A stretch of DNA of 32,000 nt from Cupriavidus necator (GTDB lineage Bacteria; Pseudomonadota; Gammaproteobacteria; Burkholderiales; Burkholderiaceae): positions 30,001-62,000 of the forward strand of contig NZ_CP066018.1 in assembly GCF_016127575.1 (NCBI RefSeq), given 5' to 3'. The stretch's first letter is position 1, and each line of letters starts with the position of its first letter. Positions 18,601 through 24,220 of the stretch are shown piece by piece. A program made the translations under genes and the position numbers. Under the pieces are notes generated by a model. That model searched no databases, had not been told where the DNA came from, and saw only the letters and a list, made by a program, of their open reading frames with translations.

Positions 18601-20474
18601 TGTCGGGCGATGTGTTCGGCAACGGCATGCTGCTGTCGCCGCATATCCGGCTGGTGGCGGCTTTCGACCACCGGCATATCTTCCTCGATCCCGACCCGGA
18701 CACGACAAGGAGCCTGCAGGAACGCACGCGGCTGTTCGGCCTGCCCCGCTCAAGCTGGGCCGACTACGACGCCACGCTGATTTCCGCCGGCGGCGGCATC
18801 TATCCGCGCAGCGCCAAGACCATCGCGCTGTCGCCGCAGGTGCAGGCGGTGCTGGGGGTCACGGCAGCCACGCTGTCGCCGGCCGAGCTGATCCACGCCA
18901 TCCTGATGGCGCCGGTCGACCTGCTCTACAACGGCGGCATCGGCACTTACGTCAAGTCCAGCCAGGAAACCCACCTGCAGGCCGGCGACCGCACCAACGA
19001 CGCGGTGCGTGTCAACGGCAATGACCTGCGCTGCAAGGTGGTCGGCGAAGGCGGCAACCTCGGCTTCACCCAGCTGGGCCGCATCGAGTTCGCGCGCAAG
19101 GGCGGGCGCATCAACACCGACGCCATCGACAACTCGGCCGGGGTGGACTGCTCGGACCACGAGGTCAATATCAAGATCCTGCTCGGGCTGGTGGTTGCCG
19201 ACGGCGAAATGACCGAGAAGCAGCGCAACAAGCTGCTGGCCGAGATGACCGACGAGGTCGGCCTGCTGGTGCTGCAGGACAACTACTACCAGACCCAGGC
19301 ACTGTCCGTGGCCGGGCGCAGCAGCCCCGCGCTGCTCGACGGCGAGGCGCGCCTGGTGCGCTGGCTGGAGCGCGCCGGACGGCTCAACCGGCCGCTGGAG
19401 TTCCTGCCTTCGGAGGAAGAAATCGCCGAGCGCAAGCTGGCCGATGAAGGCCTGGCATCGCCCGAGCGTGCCGTGCTGCTTGCCTACAGCAAGATGTGGC
19501 TGTACGACGAACTGCTGGCCTCCGACGTGCCGGAAGACACGCTGGTCGCCGGACTGCTGTCGGACTATTTCCCGGTGCCGCTGCGCCAGCGTTACGCCGA
19601 CGCGATGCAGCGCCACCCGCTGCGGCGCGAGATCCTGTCGACACACCTGACCAATATGCTGGTCAACCGTATCGGCGCCACCTTCGTGCACCGGATCATG
19701 GAAGAGACCGACGCACGCCCGGCCGATATCGTGCGCGCCTGCCTGATCGCACGCGATGTCTTCGGCCTGACCACCCTGTGGCAGGAGATCGATGCGCTGG
19801 ACAACCGTGTGGCCGATGCCGAGCAGGCGCGCATGTTCGGGGCCGTGGCGCTGCTGCTGGAGCGCGCGTGCCTGTGGTTCATCCGCTATCTGCGCAGCGG
19901 CAGCAAGGCCGCCGAGGACCTGGCGCGCTTTGCCCAGGCCGCGCAATGGCTGGCCCCGCAACTGCCGCGGCTGCTGCCGCCGGCCGATGCGACGGCACTG
20001 TCAGAGCGCGCCCGGGCCTTGACGGATGCAGGGGTCGACGAAGCGCTGGCTGTGCGCGTGGCCGGCAGCGAGATCTCCGCCGCCGCGCTCGATATCGCCG
20101 AAGTGGCCACGGCGTGCAAACGCAGCCTGGACCTGGTGGCGGGGGTTTATTTCGCGCTGGACAGCCACCTGAGCTTCAGCTGGCTGCGCGAGCGCGCGCT
20201 GGCGCTGCCATCGGACACGCACTGGGACCTGCTGGCACGCACCACCACGCTGGAAGACCTGGGGCGGCTCAAGCGCGCACTGACCGTCAGCGTGCTGTCA
20301 CAGGAGGGTGAACTGGATACGCCCGACGCCATGATCGATGCCTGGCGCTCCAGCCGTCATGGCGCGCTGGAACGCTTTACGCGCATGCTGGCCGACCAGC
20401 GCGCCTCGGGGGCTGCGGGGCTGTCGATGCTGTCGGTCGCGGTGCGCGAGATCGGCATGCTGGAACGCGCATAG
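15618..20474 (+). CDS. gdhB: NAD-specific glutamate dehydrogenase, large (~180 kDa) GdhB type
   Basis: 1618 aa. ATG at 15618 preceded by GGAGGGA. Family hallmarks include [69 protein letters not shown] and GNGMLLS. Confidence 0.95.
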   Translation: [1618 protein letters not shown]

Positions 20475-20491
20475 CGCTGGCCAGCCCAGGC

Positions 20492-20851
20492 TTATTCGTC
20501 TGCTTCCGCGTCCGTGTCGAGGTCCGCATCGTCGCCGATGCCGGCGCCTGCGCCACGCGGGCGCAGTTCCAGCCCGAGCAGGACCAGCAGGTCGAAGGCA
20601 TCGGAAAGCAGGTGTTTCTGCCTGGGCAGCAGGCTGGCGTACGGCATGTCGTAGATCGACTGGTGCGCGGCACGCTCGCCCTTGAGGCCGCGGTCGCGCG
20701 CGATATCCGACAGCAGCGCGGCAAACCCTGAGAGGTCCTGCGCTGCCAGTGCTGAATTCAATACCTTGGCGATCACTTCCGGCGAAGCGTTCGCCCAGCC
20801 CATGCGTTCAGCATTGGAGGCAGAGTCTTGAGGAGGGTCGGCAAAGTCCAT
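20492..20851 (-). CDS. Degenerate HigA-like 'addiction module antidote' family protein with acidic C-terminal tail; no cognate toxin gene
   Basis: MDFADPPQDS...SPEVIAKVLNSALAAQDLSGFAALLSDIARDRGLKGERAAHQSIYDMP...LSDAFDLLVLLGLELRP parallels, from memory, the antidote-family pattern SxEAIAAYLNxxLEDGDxxLxxxALGDIARARGM...LxKVLxALGLxL. Codon GC3 is high. There is no SD before the ATG at 20851, so the start is uncertain. Confidence 0.5.
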   Translation of the reverse strand: MDFADPPQDSASNAERMGWANASPEVIAKVLNSALAAQDLSGFAALLSDIARDRGLKGERAAHQSIYDMPYASLLPRQKHLLSDAFDLLVLLGLELRPRGAGAGIGDDADLDTDAEADE

Positions 20852-20953
20852 GATTGTGTATAACGGTCCCGCCTGAGCAAGCTTAAGGCGGCAACCATGT
20901 GAATTTGACCCCACATGCGTGGGGTGACATGGCTTGCCGCCCGACGATCCGGG

Positions 20954-21142
20954 CTAGCGCGGTACCGGCTTCGCCGCCACCTGGCGGTAGACCGTGCTGC
21001 CGTCGCGCGCGGTGCGTGCCTGGACGTGATTGCGTGCGCCGCATTGCGGGCAGCGGAACACGGGACCCTGCCCTTCATTGCGGATCTGCACCTCATTCGG
21101 CTCCCAGCGCGCACCGCAAGCCTGGTTCCCACAAACAAACAT
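20954..21142 (-). CDS. 62-aa zinc-ribbon mini-protein (4 Cys), unknown function
   Basis: MFVCGNQACGARWEPNEVQIRNEGQGPVFRCPQCGARNHVQ... has Cys pairs C4/C9 and C31/C34. AAGGAGA lies 5 nt upstream of the ATG (CAT at 21140-21142). GC3 is about 77%. Confidence 0.6.
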   Translation of the reverse strand: MFVCGNQACGARWEPNEVQIRNEGQGPVFRCPQCGARNHVQARTARDGSTVYRQVAAKPVPR

Positions 21143-21192
21143 GAAATCTCCTTGAAACAGACGCCCGAGAGCCTGAGCCGGGCGCGATACGG

Positions 21193-21230
21193 GGCATGGC
21201 CGCACTGCCCGGTGGCGGCGCGGCCATGCC
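21193..21230 (-). other. Strong GC hairpin between the two zinc-ribbon genes (terminator, processing or stabiliser element)
   Basis: GGCATGGCCGC - 16 nt - GCGGCCATGCC gives a perfect 11-bp stem, starting immediately after the stop of the 21234-21467 gene. There is no U-tract. Confidence 0.35.
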
Positions 21231-21233
21231 TGC

Positions 21234-21467
21234 TCAGCCGTCATTATCAGGCCAGTCGACCGGGCGCGGGCCCATTCGCCACATATTCGGCGGCTCACCC
21301 AATGCCGTGCTCTGGTACATCCAGGCGCCGCAGCCCGTGCAGCGCCAGCGGCTGTCGACCTTGCACCGGTTGCTCATGGCCGCAATGCCAGAGGCAGCCA
21401 GGTGCTCGTGTGGCGGCACGCTGGACGGTTCGCCCACCAGCTGATGACACAGGTCACAGGCGTGCAT
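21234..21467 (-). CDS. 77-aa Cys-containing (zinc-ribbon-like) mini-protein, unknown function
   Basis: MHACDLCHQLVGEP...CKVDSRWRCTGCGAWMYQ... has CxxC at the N-terminus and CxxC at residues 43-46. AGGAG lies 5 nt upstream of the ATG (CAT at 21465-21467). GC3 is high. Confidence 0.6.
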   Translation of the reverse strand: MHACDLCHQLVGEPSSVPPHEHLAASGIAAMSNRCKVDSRWRCTGCGAWMYQSTALGEPPNMWRMGPRPVDWPDNDG

Positions 21468-21506
21468 GGCATCTCCTGTCACGGCGATGATTGCGCGGCG
21501 GCGCCC

Positions 21507-21893
21507 TCAGCCATTGTGCTGCACCCATTGCCGCGCCCACGAAATCGCCGCGGCCCGCGCATCTTCGGGCGTGGCGTGCGTGGCCGGCGGCGCGCCGCCC
21601 TCCAGCACCACGGCGCCCGACTCCCAGATATCGCACAGGGCCTTGAACCGCCCCATGCCCAGCGCGTGGCAATACACGTGGATCACGAAGCCGCCGTACT
21701 CCACCACGTCAGTGGCAGTATCGGTCAGCGCCTGATCCGCGGTGGGATCGGACGGCACCAGCGGCACATCGGGCTGGCGCAGCACCCGCCGCTCCGCGGC
21801 CGTGCGCACCAGCATGGCGCAGGCACCGCCCATCGCCGCGCCCAGCACCACGCCCAAACCAAACCAGCAAGCCCTGCTCCCGCACCTCGCCAT
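21507..21893 (-). CDS. 128-aa N-terminally membrane-anchored hypothetical protein (ORF stays open up to a GTG at 22040; start uncertain)
   Basis: MARCGSRACWFGLGVVLGAAMGGACAMLV is a single TM helix or signal anchor. It is followed by a soluble domain, VVEYGGFVIHVYCHALGMGRFKALCDIWESG...TPEDARAAAISWARQWVQHNG. GGGGGA precedes the ATG at 21893. The gene ends 39 nt before the next gene, so it looks operon-linked. Confidence 0.5.
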   Translation of the reverse strand: MARCGSRACWFGLGVVLGAAMGGACAMLVRTAAERRVLRQPDVPLVPSDPTADQALTDTATDVVEYGGFVIHVYCHALGMGRFKALCDIWESGAVVLEGGAPPATHATPEDARAAAISWARQWVQHNG

Positions 21894-22060
21894 GGCATCC
21901 CCCGCAGCGACCCTGCCGGTCCTGGCACGACCATGCTGTGCGACCGGCATCGCTTTCAGGTTATACCAATCCAGGCCGACACCGCCTGCCACCAACTTCG
22001 ACGCGGCAATGGCACAGCGCCGCAGGGTGTGGCGGCGCACGAAAATGAGAATCGTCGGGG

Positions 22061-22089
22061 ATGACCGAAGCGCTGGCCAGAGCTATACT
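22061..22089 (+). promoter_or_regulatory. sigma70-type promoter for the 86-aa ORF
   Basis: -35 ATGACC (22061-22066), a 17-nt spacer, then -10 TATACT (22084-22089). The ATG follows 31 nt after the -10. Confidence 0.5.
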
Positions 22090-22105
22090 GTACATCCATA
22101 CAGTA
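22086..22105. promoter_or_regulatory. LexA operator (SOS box), E. coli / Betaproteobacteria type
   Basis: TACTGT-ACATCCAT-ACAGTA is a perfect CTGT-N8-ACAG with the flanking TA/TA also palindromic (12 fixed positions). It overlaps the -10 hexamer and the predicted transcription start. Confidence 0.72.
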
Positions 22106-22119
22106 TCCGGATACTGCCC

Positions 22120-22380
22120 ATGCCCTTGTACCAGTCCGATTCCATCCTGCTCGAGGCCTACTACTTCGGCGACGACTGCGAATCCCTGCGCCTGCCTTGC
22201 GGCAGTGTCTGCGTGGACGCCGGCGCCATCCTCGTCGACGGCATCGAGCCACTCCAGTTGCAGGCCCTGCGCTGGACGCCGGATTTCCTGTCCTTCGACG
22301 CCCAGGGCACCCGTCACCGCTACCCGGTCAGCCGCCCCGCCCTCGTCGGCCCCGGCCAGGCACGCTTCGCACTGCTTTAA
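22120..22380 (+). CDS. 86-aa hypothetical protein, putatively LexA-regulated
   Basis: MPLYQSDSILLEAYYFGDDCESLRLPCGSVCVDAGAILVDGIEPLQLQALRWTPDFLSFDAQGTRHRYPVSRPALVGPGQARFALL has strongly C/G-ending codons typical of this genome. In-frame codons upstream of 22120 are rare types (AGA, CGA, GTA, ATA, AGT), supporting the 22120 start. The SD is weak. Confidence 0.6.
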   Translation: MPLYQSDSILLEAYYFGDDCESLRLPCGSVCVDAGAILVDGIEPLQLQALRWTPDFLSFDAQGTRHRYPVSRPALVGPGQARFALL

Positions 22381-22423
22381 GCTACGGCTTCCGCATCGCC
22401 GATGCGCCACGCCGCTTGCCCAC

Positions 22424-22930
22424 ATGCCAGACCTCAGCCCGACCGCCAGCCAACTGATCCGCTCGCTCGACCTGCAGCCGCATCCGGAAGGCGGCTACTA
22501 CCGCGAAACCTATCGCGGCGAAGAGCAGGTCGTCTGCCAGGACGGTCGCACACGCGCAGCCTGCACCGCGATCCACTACATGCTGTGCGGCAACGACTAT
22601 TCCGCGTGGCATCGCATCCGGTCCGACGAACTCTGGCACTACCACGCAGGCTCCCCCGTGGACGTGCACCGGATCGTGGACGGCACCATCGTCACGCAGC
22701 GCCTGGGCGACCCGCTGCGGCATCCCGGCGCGGCCTTCCAGGCAATGGTGCCCGCCGGCCAATGGTTTGCCGCCGAACGCGTGGATATGGCCGATGGCGT
22801 GGACTTCGCCCTGGTCGGCTGCACCGTGGCACCAGCCTTCCAGTTCAGCGAATTCGAACTGGCCGACGCAACGGCGCTTGCCGGCCTGGCAAGCGGACAT
22901 GACGCGCTGTTGCGCAGGCTGACGCGCTAG
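22424..22930 (+). CDS. Cupin-fold protein, DUF985 family
   Basis: 168 aa. LIRSLDLQPHPEGGYYRETYR...TAIHYML...SAWHRIRSDELWHYHAGSP...FQAMVPAGQWFAAE...FALVGCTVAPAFQFSEFEL is the characteristic DUF985 pattern. Confidence 0.85.
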   Translation: MPDLSPTASQLIRSLDLQPHPEGGYYRETYRGEEQVVCQDGRTRAACTAIHYMLCGNDYSAWHRIRSDELWHYHAGSPVDVHRIVDGTIVTQRLGDPLRHPGAAFQAMVPAGQWFAAERVDMADGVDFALVGCTVAPAFQFSEFELADATALAGLASGHDALLRRLTR

Positions 22931-22945
22931 TCTCCACCCAAGAAA

Positions 22946-22976
22946 CAGCCCGCCGCGGTGGGGTGCGGGCGGGCTG
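22946..22976 (+). terminator. Hairpin after the cupin gene (possible terminator, no U-tract)
   Basis: CAGCCCGCC - 13 nt - GGCGGGCTG, beginning 16 nt after the stop codon. Confidence 0.35.
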
Positions 22977-23157
22977 GTGAGTACAGCGGGACCAGTCTAA
23001 GCCAGGGTGCCGGCGGGCCATGACGGGAGAACCTGGGTATCTCGCCGCCTTTGCTGGCAACGACCGAGCAGCGCGTATAGCCCAACAGGCACTCAGGATG
23101 CGGATTCATATCCTGCAGCACAGATAATCTTGGGCTCACCCATTATTTGCAGCTACA

Positions 23158-23412
23158 ATTATTGCCAAGGATGTCAGCAACCAGTCCAAGCACGGTGTTT
23201 CGCTCGCGCTGGCAGCAAGGTTCCACTGGCCGAGCCTGTTGGCAGGGGTAGATGACAGGGCCGACTACAGAGAACTCCGCGAGATCGGCTTCGGCGTCAT
23301 TGATGAGCGCCTCTATTGCGTGGTGTTCACCCAGGGCGGGAATGCAATGCATATCATCAGCCTGCGCAAGGCCAACAAACGCGAGGCAAGGAACTATGTC
23401 GACCAAGCCTAA
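23158..23412 (+). CDS. brnT: BrnT-like toxin (DUF497 family) lacking a canonical start codon; possibly ATT-initiated or N-terminally decayed
   Basis: The frame open from 23128 (after TAA at 23125) reads SWAHPLFAATIIAKDVSNQSKHGVSLALAARFHWPSLLAGVDDRADYRELREIGFGVIDERLYCVVFTQGGNAMHIISLRKANKREARNYVDQA, then TAA at 23410-23412. It matches the BrnT motifs K-x3-N-x2-KHG-[VI]-S, D-x-R-x-DY-x-E-x-R and R-IIS-x-RKA-x3-E. There is no ATG, GTG or TTG in frame before the KHG motif. The listed start is the first in-frame ATT. Confidence 0.55.
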   Translation: MIAKDVSNQSKHGVSLALAARFHWPSLLAGVDDRADYRELREIGFGVIDERLYCVVFTQGGNAMHIISLRKANKREARNYVDQA

Positions 23413-23950
23413 GATCGTCGTGCCGACCGACGAAGAGGACGCGGCCATCAACCGCGGCATCGCTGCGGATCCGGACACGTACGAGGTCTCGGCGAAAGAG
23501 ATGCAGGCCATGAAGCCGCTCGGCAAACGCGGCCGCGGTCGACCCAGGCTCGCCAGCACCAAGGAACTGGTGAGCATTCGCTATGACGCGGACATACTGG
23601 ATGCATTCCGCGCCAGCGGGGAAGGTTGGCAGACGCTGATGAACGCAACGCTGAACGTTGCGCTTCAACAGGCCATGGACATTACCTACGTTGGGGGCCC
23701 ACTGCATGGAACCACGGTCCGTGACAACCCCAACACCTTGTCATCCGTTCTCACCTATCGCCCGGTAACAGCCTTCGCGAACGACCCTGCGCGTCAGGCA
23801 ACGTATCGTCGAGTAACCCTCGAACGTACCATTGGAAACAACGTCGAACGCCGCGAGTTCTTTGTGAGTGACAGTCTCACCGACAGCGAAGCCGATTCCC
23901 TGGTCCAGCGAGAAGACCTTTGGCCTATGTCAGAGCCACACCATGCCTGA
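23396..23950 (+). CDS. brnA: BrnA-family antitoxin (DUF4415) fused in frame to a ~90-aa C-terminal extension
   Basis: MSTKPKIVVPTDEEDAAINRGIAADPDTYEVSAKEM...GKRGRGRPRLASTKELVSIRYDADILDAFRASGEGWQTLMNATL matches the BrnA pattern (GRP...V[ST][IL]R[LY]D.D[VI]L..F[RK]A.G.G[YW]QT..N..L). The ATG at 23396 overlaps the brnT-like frame by 17 nt. The ORF then continues for 92 more codons. Confidence 0.78.
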   Translation: MSTKPKIVVPTDEEDAAINRGIAADPDTYEVSAKEMQAMKPLGKRGRGRPRLASTKELVSIRYDADILDAFRASGEGWQTLMNATLNVALQQAMDITYVGGPLHGTTVRDNPNTLSSVLTYRPVTAFANDPARQATYRRVTLERTIGNNVERREFFVSDSLTDSEADSLVQREDLWPMSEPHHA

Positions 23951-24220
23951 GTATTGGATGCAGTCCAATAGGGCAGCTTGGCAGGCTAGCCGGAGTCAGC
24001 CAGCACCGGCCGCGTCAACCAAGCTGCTGATGCAATCGGCGACCTGCCCTTCCCAGGCGTCCGAGTGCTTGCGTGCGTTGCGCATATATGGCGCAAGCTC
24101 CACAGGAAAAGTAAGGACGACAGCAGCGATCGCTATCGTTGCAACAGGTTAGGTAGAAAGCGGGCCTGCTTTTCGCAGTAACAGCCAGCGCCGCGCATGG
24201 CGGGCCGAAAGGTCATGCAC

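Noticed and set aside
22045-22119. Alternative upstream ATG (22045) that would extend the 86-aa ORF by 25 codons and place the LexA box inside coding sequence
   Set aside because: The extension uses codons rare for this genome (AGA, CGA, GTA, ATA, AGT, ACT, CCA), has no SD, and would bury a complete promoter plus operator. The ATG at 22120 is preferred.
22931-23160. Search for an att-type direct repeat of the tRNA-Pro 3' end and for an integrase remnant at the far border of the islet
   Set aside because: No segment resembling TGGTCGGGGCGAGAGGATTTGAACC was found by eye. Only a short CAGGAT-N10-ATCCTG inverted repeat (23094-23115) is present. The islet hypothesis is therefore kept at low confidence.
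23143-23577. 144-aa minus-strand ORF antisense to brnT/brnA
   Set aside because: The plus strand carries recognisable BrnT and BrnA motifs with the typical overlapping TA gene arrangement. The antisense product has no features and no SD.
23943-24152. 69-aa plus-strand ORF whose ATG overlaps the brnA stop (ATGCCTGA), and a ~50-codon minus-strand frame (…PYMRNARKHSDAWEGQVADCISSLVDAAGAG) in the same stretch
   Set aside because: The plus product is Ala/Ser/Thr/Gln low complexity with mixed codon usage. The minus frame lacks a canonical start and SD. Either could be a gene remnant of the islet, but I cannot support a call. This is worth a tblastx check only.
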